The translations under genes and the position numbers were made by a program. This document shows, one piece after another, positions 34,692 to 48,373 of a DNA stretch of 64,000 bases. Under the pieces are notes generated by a model. That model saw only the letters and a program-made list of their open reading frames with translations. It was not told where the DNA came from and did not search any database. Every line of letters begins with the position of its first letter. Within the stretch, counting starts at the first letter, position 1. This stretch comes from Malacoraja senta (lineage: Eukaryota): positions 4,094,001 to 4,158,000 of the forward strand of contig CM075995.1 of the NCBI GenBank assembly GCA_038087875.1. The letters run 5' to 3'.

Positions 34692-37600
34692 AGAATCATA
34701 GTGATACAGTGTGGAAACAGGCCCTTCGGCTCAACTTGCCCACACCGGCCAACAATGTCCCAGCTACACTAGACTCACTTGACCATACTTGGTCCATATC
34801 CCTCAAAACCTGTCCTATCCATGTACCTGTCTAACTGTTTCTTAAACGATGGGATAGTCCCAGCCTCAACTACCTCCTCTGGCAGCTTGTTCCATACATC
34901 CACCACCCTTTGTGTGAAAAAGGTAGCCCTCGGATTCCTATTAAATCTTTTCTCCTTCACCTTGAACCTATGTCCTCTGGTCCTCGATTCCCCTACTCTG
35001 GGCAAGATAATCTGTGCATCTACCCGATCTATTCCTCACATAATATTGTACACCTCTATAAGATCACCCCTCATCCTCCTGAACTCTGTGGAATAGAAAC
35101 CCAGCTTACTCAACCTCTCCCTATAGCTCACACCCTCCAGTCCTAGCAACATTTTTGTAAATCATTTCTGAACCCTTTCAAGCTTGACAATATCTTTCCT
35201 ATAACATGGTGCCCAGAACTGAACACAATATTTTAAATGCGGTCTCACCAACATGTCTTATAGGGCTGCAACAATGACTTCTAACTGTAACATGACATCA
35301 CAACTTCTATACTCAATACTCTGACTGATGATGGCCAAAGTGCCAAAAGCCTTTTTGACCACCTTATCCACCTGCGACTCGACCTTCAAGGAACCATGCA
35401 CCTGTACTCCTGGATCCCTCTGCTCTACAACACTACCCAGAGACCTACCATTTACTGTGTAGGTCCTGCCCTTGTTCGATGTCCCAAAATGCAACACCTC
35501 ATACTTCTCTGTATTAAATTCCATCAATCATTCCTCCGCCCACCAGGCCAATCGATCCAGACCCTGCTGCAATCTTTCACAACCATCATCACTGTCTGCA
35601 AAACCACTCACTTTTGTATCATCAGCAAACTTGCTAATCTTGCCCTGTATGTTCTCATCCAAATCACTGATGTAGATGACAAACAGTATCGGGCCCAGCA
35701 CCGAACCCTGAGGCACACCACTAGTCACAGGCCTGCAGTCCGAGAAGCAACCTTCTACCATCACCCTCTGCTTCCTTCCGTGGAGCCAATTTGCGATCCA
35801 TTCAGCTATCTCTCCTTGTACCCCATGCGATCTAACCTTTCCGAGCAGCCTACCATGGGGAACCTTGTCGAATGTCTTAAGGGGCTGTCCCACTGCGGTG
35901 ACCTAATCTGTGAGTTTAGAAGAGTTTGCCCTCGATTCAAACTCGCAGATGGTCGACACGTGGTCCTAGGAGGTTCTATGAGGTCACTGGAACTCTCCTT
36001 CATGCTTGAGGGAAGTTCCCGCCTACTCTCGGCCTCAGCTAGGTCCCGGAAAAAATTTCAGCATGTTGACAAATTTTCCGCCAATAAAAATTGGTCGGCA
36101 TGGTTCTTTTGAACTCGTAGTGCAGTGGAGTGGGGTCGCTATGTAGTTACAGGCAGTCGAGGGCAGCCGTAGGCATTCTCCTTCGCTGACCGGGCATTTT
36201 AATTGGCTCATTGGAGTTTTCAGGACCACGGAAAACCGACCGGTAGGTAAAATGCCCGCTAAACTTTATTATAAGATGTCTGGTTTCTTAAGAGTGTCTC
36301 CACTCCTTCTCCCCCCTTCTCCCCATCTTCTCTCCCCTTCTCTCCCCTTCTCTCCCCCTCTCTCCCCTTCTCTCCACCCCCCCCCTTCCCACCCCCCCTC
36401 CACGCTCTCTAAAGAACATACCGTACACTGTGCAGCCGTCTTTTACCTTTCTGTTCATCGTGGGTGTGAATTTCAGACAGCGCTCCCCCACTTTCCCTGC
36501 CTCGCCTTTGCGATGTGTTTGTGTGTGCGTGTGTGTGTGTGTGCGGTCGGTCGATCCAGCTCGCAGTTTCATTGCTGACAGTCGATCCAGCTCGAGGTTT
36601 TCCAGGCGAGTGCCCTCGAGCTTGAAGGTCGAAGACAGTCGCTAAAAGGTCGCGTCAGTGGGACAGGCCCTATACTGAAATCCATGAACACAACATCTTC
36701 AGCTGCCCTCATCGACTTTTTTGGTCACATCTTCAAAAAAATCAAACAGATTTGTAAGACACGACCTCCCACGTACAAAACTATGCTGACTATCCCTAAT
36801 CAGCCCTTGCACATCTAAATACCTGTATAACCTATCCCTCAGAATACTCTCTAGTAAGTTTCCAACTAGAGATGTTAAGCTCACTGGCCAATAATTCCAA
36901 GCATTTTCCTTGCAGACCTTCTTGAAAAAAGGCACAACATTTGCGACCCTCCAGTCTTCCGGCACCTCTCCTGTATTTAAGGACGACTCATAAATTTCAA
37001 CCAGGGCTCTGATCAGGCCCTGAAGATTTGTCTACCTTCATACATGATAGTACCTTCAGTACTTCTTCGACGGTAACACTGACTGCTCTTAAGACACTTC
37101 CATTGACTGCCCTAAGTTCCTCCGTCCTACTGTCTTCTCGTTAAATACAGAGGAGAAATACTCATTGAGGACCTTGCCCATCTCTTGTGGCTCACAGACG
37201 TGACCGCTTTGATTCCTGAGAAGTCCCACTCTCTCTCTAGTTACCCTTTTCCCCCTTCTGTATTTATAAAATATTTTGGGATTGTCCTTAATGCTATCCG
37301 CCAGAGGTATCTCCTGGCCCCTTTTTGCCCTTCAGATCTCCTTTTTTAGTTTACTCCTTTGTGCCCGAAACTCCTCCAGGGATGCACTTGATCTCAGCTT
37401 CCTATATCTGTCCCATGCATCCTTCTTGTTTTTGACCAATGCCTCAATTTCCCTCGACAGCCAAGCTTCCTTATATTTGCCATGCTTTGCCCTTCACTCT
37501 AACGGGGACGTACATATCCTGAGCTTTTGTCAGCATACTTTTAAAAACATCCCACTTGGCTGATGTTCCTTTCCCCTCAAATAACCTGCTCCAGTCAACT

Positions 37601-38133
37601 TGAGTAAGACTTTCTCTCAGACCCTCAAAGTTGGCCTTACCCCAGTTGAGCATTTTAACACATGGACCCTCTCCATCCCTATCCATAACTATCTTAAACC
37701 TAATCAAACTATGGTCACTGGTCCCAAAAGGCGCCTCCACAAACACTTCATTAACTTGCCCTTCCCTATTTCCCAATACTAGATCCAACATTGCCCTCAT
37801 ACGTGTGGGGGCCTCTACATACTGCTTAAGAAAACTCTCCTGAACACTTTTGAGGAATTGCACCCCATTTAAACCCTTCTACGATGATTTTCCCAGTCTA
37901 TATTGGGAAAGTTAAAATTCCCTTCTACAACAACCTTATTTGACCTGCAGCTGTCTGCAATCTCCTGGCACATTTATTCTTCTAATTCCCGATGACTATT
38001 CGGGGGTCTGTAGTACACCCCCAACAAGGTGACAATCCCTTTCTTGTTCCTCAGCTCCACCCAAAGAGCCTCACTAGACGAACCGTCCGTCATGTCACCT
38101 CTGATCACTGCCGTGACATCCTCCTTAACCAAC
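34692..38133 (-). mobile_element. Long decayed CR1 (endonuclease to 3' UTR) with a MITE in the RT
   Basis: GVYYRPPNS, LDLVL..GTSDH, RGRSCLTNL, FDKVPH, VPQGSVLGP, KFADDTK. Confidence 0.9.
35880..36671. mobile_element. PIF/Harbinger-type MITE
   Basis: aggggctgtcccactg / cagtgggacaggccct; tta/ata flanks; splits the CR1 DFS|K.FDKVPH motif. Confidence 0.8.
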
Positions 38134-38654
38134 AATCGTAGAGTCTGTTCTCACCTTCTCCATCATGGTCTGGTTTGGCTCAGCCACCAAGCTTGACATC
38201 CGGAGTCTGCAGCGAATCGTCCGATCAGCAGAGAAGGTTATTGGCTGCAACCTTCCCTCCATTGATGAACTGTACACTGCAAGGGCCAGGAAGCGAGCGG
38301 GCAAGATCATCTCTGACCCCTCTCACCCTGGCCACAAACTCTTTGAATCACTTCCCTCTGGAAGGCGACTCCGGACTGTCAAAGCTGCTACAGCCAGACA
38401 TAAAAACAGTTTTTATCCACGAGTAGTTGCTCTACTCAACAGCCAAAAATCTGTAGCCTCCGTTTGGTCTGGTATTTTGTTGGTTCACATGCTTGATCAA
38501 TGGTGTTTTATCATTAATGTTTTATTATTATTAATGTTTAGTGTTTTCTGAGTCGTTTGTAACTGTCACTGTATGTCATGTTGGTACTTGTGGGAGGAGC
38601 ACCAAGGCAAATTCCTTGTATGTGAATACTTGGCCAATAACCTTACTTACTTAC
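38134..38654 (+). mobile_element. Rex1/Babar LINE 3' fragment
   Basis: IVESVLTFSIMVWFGS..LQRIVRSAEK..LPSGRRLR; (TTAC)n tail. Confidence 0.85.
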
Positions 38655-41600
38655 AATGCAACCCCCCCCCCCCCCCCACCGCCTCTTTTTCCGTCACCCC
38701 TGTCTCTCCTGCAGCTTCTACGGGTACAGTAATGCCACAAAAGAACAAATAAATATACAATTGGCAATAGTACAATAAATGATCAGTTATGTGTAGGAAG
38801 GAACTGCAGATGCTGATTTACACCAAAGATAGACACAAAATGCTGGAGTAACCCAGCGGGCCAGGCAACATCTCTGGATAGAAGGAATGGGTGATGTTTC
38901 AGGTTGTGACCCTTTTTCTGACTGAGAGATAACCAGATACTAGATAACCAGAGCATAATAGTTCAAAAGATAGACACAAAATGCTGGAGTAACTTAACGG
39001 GTCAGGCAGCATCTTAGTTTAGTTTAGTTTAGAGATACAGTGCGTAAATAGTCCCTTTGGCTCCCCGAATCCGCACCGACCAGCAATCCCCGCACACTAG
39101 CACCATCCTACACACACTAGGAACAATTTACAATTTTACCAAGCCAATTAGCTTACAAACCTTCTTTAGGAATGTTGGAGGAAACCGGAGCACCAGGTGA
39201 AAACCCACGCAGGTCATGGGGAAATCGTACAAACTCCATATAAACAACACCCCTAGTCAGGATTGAACCTGGGTCTATGGCACTGTAAGGTAGCATCTCT
39301 ACCATTGTGCCACCATGCCACACTCTAAGGTGGCATCGTTCTTTGGAAAAAAGTGATAGGTGGCATTTCTGGTTGGGACCCTTCTTCAGTCTGAAAGATG
39401 ACCCAAGATGTCACCTATCCATTTTCTCCAGAGATGGTGCCTGATGCGCTGAGTTACTCCAGCATTTTTGTGCCTATCTTCTACCTTTTGTTGCACTGGC
39501 CCTCTTAGAGCGGAATCAGAAACATTTTCACACCTTACCTTCCCATATCTCTATTTCTCCCTTCCCCCCTGACTTTGAGTTTGAAGAAGGGTCTCGACCC
39601 GAAACATCACCCTTTTCCTCTCTCCAGAGATGCCGCCTGTCCCACTGACTTACTCCAGCATTTTGTGTCTATCTTCAGAAGCAATTATCTCTGTTGCACT
39701 GAGCCAGTCTCATGTGGAGCTGGACAGGCAGTGAGCCAATCTCCACTGTTCCCATAGTAACAGTCACCAATGCAGTTACCAAGCAAAAATATGTCAATAT
39801 TGAGCGGAGGAAATTAATTTCACTTGACGTTAGTTTCGGCACAGATATCGTAGGCCAAAGGATCTGAACGTCTGCTGTACTGTTCGATATTCTATATGTT
39901 ATTATTTAAGGAAGGATATAGCAGCAATGGAAACAGTCCAGTAAAGATTCACCAGGTTAAATAAGTTGAATCTGTAATTTTGGAGTTTAGAGAATGGGAT
40001 GATCTTCTTCAAACAATTTAGGAGGTGTGATAAGGTAGGTGCTTAGATAGAGTCATCGAATCACAGAATCATACAGCATGGAACAGGCCCTTCGGCCCAA
40101 CTTGTCCACACTGACCAACTTTTCCCATCTACACTAGTTCCACCTGCCTGCGTTTAACCCATATCCCTCTAAACCTGTCCTATCCATGTACCTGTCTAAC
40201 TGTTTCTTAAATGTTTCAATAGTCCCTGCCTCAACTACCTCCTCTGGCAGCTCGTTCCATACACCCACCACCCTTTGTGTGAAAACATTACCCCCTCAGA
40301 TTCCTATTAAATCTTTCCCCCTTCACAAACCTATGTCCTCTGGTTCTCCATTCACCTACAATGGGCAAGAAACTCTATGTGTCAAATCACCCCTCATCCT
40401 CCTGCGCTCCAAGGAATAGAGTCATGGCCTGCTCAGCATCTCCCTACAGCTCAGACCCTCGTGTCCTGGCAACATCCTCGTAAATCTTTGTACCCTTTCC
40501 AACTTCCAGCTCGTTGTTTCCACGAGTGGGCAGGCCCTATTGCAGAAGCGTCCACGTCGCGGGGCTGGAAACTGGAAGTATCCTGAGCTAACTCTGCTAC
40601 CACCATCATCTATTGCAACAAATGATGGCTCCCACTGATTGTTGCTGGAAGCCAACGTCCCTTTCAGGACGGACGATGACAGCGATGTTAACATTTGAAA
40701 CATGGAAGATGGACACGACAGAAGAGTAGTGGGCAGCGCAGTAGCGCAGTTCGGAGGCACATTGGTGCAGCTGATACAGCTGCTGCCTCACTGCGCCAGA
40801 GACCTGGATTTAATCCTGACCTCAGGTGCTGTCTGCGTGGAGTTTGCACATTCCACCCATGGGTTTCATCTGGGTGCTCCGGTTTCATAGAAACATTGAA
40901 ACATAGAAACATAAAAAATAGGTGCAGGAGGAGGCCATTCGGCCCTTCGAGCCAGCACCGCCATTCAATTTCCTTTCACATCCCAAAGACGTGCATGTTT
41001 GCAGATTAATTGGCCCCTGTAAATTGCCCTCTAGTGTGTAAGGAGTGGATGGGAAAGTGGGATAGCATGGAACTAGTGTGGATGGATGATCAGTGATTGG
41101 TATGGTCTCTGTGGGCCACAGGGCCTGTTTCCATGCTGGGTCACCAAACTCTAAGAAAGAGTGGACATTGATACAAGGTAGGATGTTGGTCATTTAAAAC
41201 TGAGATATGGAGGAATTCCTTCTTGCCTAGAATGGTGAATCTCTCAAACTCTCTTTACCAGAAGGTTGAGGGGTTAGGGCGGGTTATGGGGGGTGGGGTT
41301 AGATTACGAGGCATTTCAAGAGGATGCAGATACATTTTTGGAAAGCGTGGGGAATTGAAGGCCACAGGGAACTGGTACAGAAGAATACATATAATACTGT
41401 GTAGGAAAGAACTGCAGATGCTGGTTTAAATCAAAGAAAGACACAAATTGCTGGAGTAACGCTGAGGGACAGGCAGCATCTCTGGAGAGAAGGAATGGGT
41501 GATGTTTCGGGTCGTGACCCTTCTTGAGACTGATGTCAGGGGAGTGGGTGGGAGAGAGATAGATTGTAGTTGGAGACAGTATGAGTGGTGGATACATATA

Positions 41601-41751
41601 ATACTAATCAGCTGTGCTAGGTGGCCTACTGCTAATATGTTCTTGTGCTCTTCTGAGGAAAATGTGAGATTTTATAATTAAAAAGGAATCCATTGGGTAG
41701 ATGTGCAGAGGTTCCTTTGTGTTGAAGCAGAGGATGACTAAGTATGAATCA

Positions 41752-42801
41752 TCTCTATCATACTAAAACTCTTCGTCTTGTTTGTGGCTGTGTGTGTCTG
41801 TAAATCTGGTTAATTTTCCTACTTTCTTCCAAACGCTAGGCCACAGCCTTCCCATTTTCACACATACTACTCACATAAACATCTTCCCATTGCGTTACCA
41901 CCTATATTTCCGAACATTTTAATCGTTTAAAGTTTTAAAAACAGCCCAAAAACGCACCCATATCATAACAAAAATACCCGAGTGACGTCCCAATGCACTC
42001 GCAAGGCCGGATGGGACACTTTGGGAGGGAGGGGCACACCAGCGGTCGCGTGGCGGCGGCTGCAGGTGCCCAGCGCCCGACGCCCGATGCCCGACGCCCG
42101 GTGGGGAGGGTGGTGCTGGAGCTGGAGTGAAGGCCAAGCCTGGAGCTTGGGATGGGGCCGTGACCGGGGCCAAGAAAGAAGCTACCGCTGGAACCAAGGA
42201 CTAGCCTGGGTCCGGGGTCAGGGATGAGCCCGCAGATGAACCCTCACTCCCACCCTCTCTACTGCCCTTCCTCTCTACCCCCTCCCTCTCTACCCCCTTC
42301 CCTCTCCCTCCCTCTCCCTCTCCCTCGCTACCCTCCCTCCCCCCACTCTACCCCCCTCTCCCTCTACCCCCTCCCTCTCTCTACCCCCCTCCCTCTCTGC
42401 ATCACTCCCTCTCTGCCCCCCTCCCTCTCCCTCTACTCTCCCTCTCTACTCCCCTTCCTCTCCATCTCTACCCCCTCCCTCTCCCTCTCTACACCCATCC
42501 TCCTCCCCTTCCCATTCTACCTCTCCTTCCTCTCTGCCCCCTCCCTCTCTACCACCCCCTCCTTCTCCACCCCCGCCCCCCTCCCTCTCTACCACCCCTT
42601 CCTCTCTACCACCCTCCCTCTCTAGGGATTGAAGAGGGAGGGTGAAGAGGAGGAGGAGGGAGTGCTGGGGGATGAGGAGAAATGAGCCACGCCTGCGCAG
42701 TTTGGGGCTATGCATGAGTGGTGCAATATTGCGTTGGGGGAACGGCTTGCGTTGGGGGAACAGGTGAGTGGTGGAATCTTGGGTTGGGGGAGCAAGTCTA
42801 G
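41752..42801 (+). mobile_element. Non-autonomous Helitron
   Basis: A|TCTCTATCATACTAAAA ... AGTCTAG|T; 3' region aatattgcgttggggga shared with Helitron 7460-13716; internal CT-rich tract. Confidence 0.7.
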
Positions 42802-45427
42802 TTATAAATTAAAAACATGTCACGTAGAGAGTAGGATAAAATAGAACTATTATGAACAGGTGATCAATGATTGGTGTGGACTCAGTGGACTGCAGGGCCT
42901 GATTCCATGCTGCAAAAAAGCTCTCCGGAAATTCTGTCTCACCCATTGAGTTATTCCAGCATTTTGACGGCTTAATTGTAATTGTATAGTATTTGTATAG
43001 TATGGTGATAGCATGCAAACAAAAACTTTTTTACTGAACCTCGGTACAGAAGACAACACTAAACTACACCAAACAACAGGAAGCACTCCCTCAAGAAGGC
43101 AGCTAATATTACCTAAGGAGACATAATGAACTACAGATGCTGGTATACCATAAATGACACAGAGAGCTGGAGCAAGCATATCAGGCAGCATCTCTGGAGT
43201 TCATGGATAGTGATGTTTCAGTTTGGGATCCTTCTTCAGACCATCGAAGACCACACCATCCTGGCCATGCTCTCTCCTCGCTGATCCTCGCTGCTCCCAT
43301 CGAGGAGAAGATGTCGGAGCCTGAGAATCTTTACCTCCAGATACAAGAACAGCTTATTCTCGTTGGGCTCTTGAATCACACTGCTCAACCCTAGGCACAA
43401 CTCTACCTCAGAACTATGTATTTTGGTTTGCACTAATATTGTCTGATTAGTATTCCCGATAATTTATGGTATTATTATGTGTTCATTTGTTGCATTGTTG
43501 CATTGATGTGCATGTAAAGTTGCAGCAAATAAGCATTTTATTGTTCCGTTCCGGGTTCATATCTCAATCAAATGGATGTTTCCATGAGTGAGAGAGTCTA
43601 GAACTAGCCTCAGAATTAAAGGACGTTCTTTTAGGGAGGAGATGAGGAGGAATTTCTTTAGTCAGAGAGTGGGGATTCTGTGGAATTCTTTGCCACAGAA
43701 GGCCAAGTCAGTGGATATTTTTAAGGCAGAGAGATAGATTCTTGATCAGTACGGGTGTCAGAGGTTATGGGAAGAAGGCAGGAGAATGGAGTTAGGATGG
43801 AGAGATAGATCAGGCATGATTGAATGGCGGAGTAGACTTGATGGGGCCCAATGGCTTAATTCTACTATTCCTTATGAACTTATAACCTTAGTCGAACACA
43901 CATGATTCTTGATTCTTACAGCTTGGCTGCAGAACTGTCAACACTATGGAACTGCAGGCTGTTGCCTTGCTGTTGGCTCTACGGCGATGCTATTGAATTA
44001 TGTGCTAATAGACACTGCAATGTCCCACGCATCTAAGAGAGAACATTAATAATTTGTTAAAAAGAAGCAGTATGAATGAGAGCTGCCTCATCTGCTTCAT
44101 GTTCAGTGCAGGCAGGTGAAGGCACATGGCAATCCTTGTATGGGCTTTTTCTTAACATTGCTGGGTGGCATTGTGGTACAGTTATAGTGTCGTAGAATCA
44201 CAGAGTGATACAGTGTGGAAACAGGCCCTTCGGCCCAATTTGCCCACACCGGCCAACATGTCCCAGCTACACTAGTCCCACCTGCCTGTGTTTGGTCCAC
44301 ATCCCTCCAAATTTATCCTATCCATGTATCTGTCTAACTGTTTCTTAAATGTTGGGATAGTCCCAGCCTCAACCACCTCGATCCATACACACACCACCGT
44401 TTATGTGAAAAGGTTTGTACGTTCTCCCCATGACCTATGTGGGTTTTCTCCGGGATCTGAGGTTTCCTCCCACACTCCAAAGACCTCCAGGCTTGTACGC
44501 TAATTGGCTGATATAAATTGTTAGGCTAATTGGCTGGTATAAATTAGGGCCTAGTGGAATCAAGGGGTATGGGAAGAAGGCAGGCAAGGGTTACTGATTG
44601 TGGATGATCAGCCATGATCACAATGATGGTCTCCTCCTGCATCTATTTGTGTGTTCGACTAAGGTTATAGGTTCATAAGGAATAGTAGAATTAAGCCATT
44701 GGGCCCATCAAGTCTACTCCGCCATTCAATCATGCCTGATCTATCTCTCCATCCTAATGGCCTCCTCCTGCATCTATTTTCTGTGTTTCTATGTTTCTAT
44801 GTCCCTAGTGTGTGTAGGATAGTGTTAGTGTGCGGGGATCGTTGGTCAGCATGGACTCGGTGGGCCAAAGGGCCTGTGTCCGTGCTGTATTTCTAAACTA
44901 AACTAAACTAAACTAATGCTGATATACTGCCAGTTTTTAGCTCTACTTTGCCTCAGCAACCTAAGAGAATATAAATACCTCAGGTTTTGCTTGTGTAATA
45001 TCTGAATCCAGTCTTTCAAGCAGAGAGTGGCGTGAAGATATCACAGGTATAATCAATCTTTCTGCTAGATTTGTCACTGCCCTCTGTTACAGTTAACGTG
45101 GAAGCAAGTGCAAATGATGACGGCAATGTCTTCTGAATGACTTTCCGATCATGGCTCTGGTTGATGACTCCATCTGCCCAAGAGATCATCCCTCCTTCTT
45201 CCCTCAGGTCACCAATTAATGTCTTTCATCATTTGTTTACCAGCTCTCACCTGGATCAGGTACTGGGAAAGAAACTTTTCCAGGTAGGTCAGGCTCCTGC
45301 TAATCACTTTTTGTTTAGTTCAGATTATTTTAACGATACAGCACTGAAACAGGCCCGTCAGCCCATCGAGTCTACGCCGACCAGTAATACGATACGATAG
45401 AACTTTATTTATCCCAGGAGGGAAATT

Positions 45428-46027
45428 AATAGACAATAGACAATAGACAATAGGTGCAGAAGTAGGCCATTCGGCCCTTCAAGCCAGCACCGCCATTCAA
45501 TATGATCATGGCTGATCATCCCCAATCAGTACCACGTTCCTGCCTTTTCCCCATATCCCCTAACTCCGCTATCTTTAAGAGCCCTATCCCGCTCTCTTGA
45601 AAGCATCCAGAGAACCTGCCTCCACCACCCTCTGAGACAGAAAATTCCACAGACTCACAACTCTCTGTGAGAAAAAGTGTTTCCTTGTCTCCGTTCTAAA
45701 TGGCTTACCTCTTCTTCTTAAACAGTGCCCCTGGTTCTGGACTCCCCCAACATCGGGGACATGTTTCCTGCCTCCAGCGTGTCCAAACCCTTAACAATCT
45801 TATATGTTTCAATAAGATATCCTCTCATCCTTCTAAACTCCAGAGTGTAAAGCCCAGCTGCTTCATTCTCTCAGCATATGCCAGTCTCGCCATCCCGGGA
45901 ATTAACCTTGTAAACCTACGCTGCACTCCCTCAATAGCAAGAATGTCCTTCCTCAAATTAGGGGACCAAAACTGCACACAATACTCCAGGTGTGGTCTCA
46001 CTAGGGATCTGTACAACTGTAGAAGGA
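45428..46027 (-). mobile_element. CR1 3' fragment
   Basis: [20 protein letters not shown]..; (ATTGTCT)n tail. Confidence 0.9.
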
Positions 46028-48373
46028 TAGAAACTTCATACAGGCAGTACCCGTAGTCAGGATCGAACCCAGGACCCGAGGCTTTGGCACTGTAAGGCAG
46101 CAACTCTACCGTTGCACCACTGTGCCGCCCTGCCAAGTCATAAAACACAAGATACATGAAACATGAAATTAAAGTGATGATCTCCGCCCACTTACACTAT
46201 TCTACACACACTGGTGAAAATTTACAATTATACCAAGTCAATTAGCCTACAAACCGGTGGAAACCCGAGATCCAGGAGAAAACCCACGCAGGTCACATGG
46301 AGAACGTACAAACTCCGTACAGACAAGCACCCATAGTCAGAATGGAACCCGGGTCTCTGGCGCTGTAATGCAGCAACTCTACTGCTGCGCCTCCGTGCTC
46401 TGAGATATTGGTATTCCTTTTAAAAAAACAACATTGATTTATTCTTTTATGTAAATGTACACACTATAATTAAATACGTTGTCTATGGAACTGATGCACT
46501 ACAATGCGCAAAGATATTGAGAAGCCGTGGAGAGTAAAACCGTATCAATGTTTCAGGTCAATGACCCTTCATCAGGAGTTGCTGTGCATATTGTGACCCA
46601 ATACTACTTTCTACTATGTGGATGACAGGTTGTTTTAACACAAGGCAATAGGGTAATACAGCGCAGAACCAGGCCCTTTGGCCCAACTCATCCATGCCAA
46701 CCAAAGAGCCCCATCCTAGCTAGTCCCATTTGCACATGGCTGGGCCATAACCTTTTGAACCTTTCCTACCTATGTACAGTTACTCCAGCTTTTTGCGTGT
46801 ATCTTCGGTATAAACCAGCATCTGCAGTTCCTTCTTACAAATTACTGTACAAAAGGGGCTCAAAGGGCAGAATGGCCTGTTCCCTTTCACAACCTTCCTC
46901 CAAGAGAACATTTCCATTAATTTTATAATATCTATTTGTCTGCGTGCATAATTGATTAATTTGGGGGTCTTTGGCCCTCCGGTAATTAACCCCATGCCCT
47001 TTACGTTCATTTACATTTTAATAAGGTAGGTGAATGGAGTTCAGTATTAATTAATTCACTTTTATAAGTGGCATCAGTTCTAATACATGCACAAGAACTA
47101 GGACTGCAAGCACCCGAACCGTCGCCTATGTTCTCAGGAGATGCTACCTGATCCACTGAGTTATTCCAGCTCTTTGCATCGTTTTTTGTAAAAGTAGCAT
47201 CTGCAGTTCCTTGTATCTACAAGAACTAGATTACAATATTATTTTAAAAATTGAGGCTCAACCTCTATCCTTAGACTTAGCTTCAGATTGTTTCAATTAA
47301 AATCTTTAAATTATGTTAATATATGATAAACAGCTGCAAAGCTCTCTTCAGGTCAAATGATTAAATCTTTAATTGAGTGTAAAATGGTAACTTGCTGTGT
47401 TACTCCTCGCAGAAATTCGCCTCCGGATGGTGTGTCACTGAGGTCACTGTCGATTCTATAGTATCTATTGTATTTTTGCAATATGCTACAGAATTAGAGA
47501 ACTATGTCTAGGTTACGGCATTACAATTGTCTAACCATGATATGCATTGCAATGATTTTCAATGAGCACGTTGAAAATGAATTTCCTATTGAGGGGATAA
47601 TTTTACGTAAAAAATCTCCAGGAAAAAAAACATCACAATTGCCACAGAAGGCTGTGGAGGCGAAGTTAATGGATATTTTTTTAAGGCATAGATAGATTCT
47701 TGATTAATATGGGTGTCAGGGGTTATAGGGAGAAGGCAGGAGAATGGGGTTAGGAGGGAGCCGTGATTGAATGGTGTAGAATTGATGGGCCGAATGGCCT
47801 AATTCATCTACTGTTCCTTATGACCTTATGACCTTATGAGATCAGCCGTGATTGAATAGCGGAGTAGACTTGATGGGCCGAACGTCCTAATTCTGTTCCT
47901 ATCACTTATGAATTGAATGATTAAACTTCCCAGCCCCTGCTCTGGAGCAAGTAACTGCAATCATCTCTCTCTAGTCACCCACCACCCTCTCATCATGTGA
48001 TCCTATATATTTGCTGGGAATAATTTCAATGTTCAAAGGTTCTATGGTGCTTCATTGTCACATGTGCAAAGTGATTTTTTTTTTACCATTAGTCCAGTAG
48101 AGCATTGCCAAACCTGAGCACATCCCCGATTATCAAAGTGTACAAAAATAGTCCACCGAGCCCGCATGCAAGAGGCGCTATGTTTTAGCATCATTTTCGA
48201 AGTCCAGTCCATGCTCTAGTTATTATTGCCTGATGCAAGCAAGCTCAAAGGCTTTCTTGGTTGGTACAGGGGTCAGAGGTTATGGGGAGGAGGCAGGAAA
48301 GTGGGGTTAGGAGGGAGAGATAGATCAGCCATGATTGAATGGTGGAGTAGACTTAATGGGTCGAATAGCCTAA

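Noticed and set aside
39749..39762. RFX X-box-like GTTCCCATAGTAAC (similar at ~28858)
   Set aside because: Isolated degenerate motif with no promoter or gene context
42224..42715. Pro/Ser/Leu- and Glu/Gly/Arg-rich ORFs (also 36252-36578, 60034-60696)
   Set aside because: Low-complexity CT/GA tracts inside transposons
45015..45215. Minus-strand frame with Ig-like ..ISW..STLTV..YTC pattern
   Set aside because: No first cysteine, atypical spacing and no clear splice sites; likely chance (a profile search would settle it)
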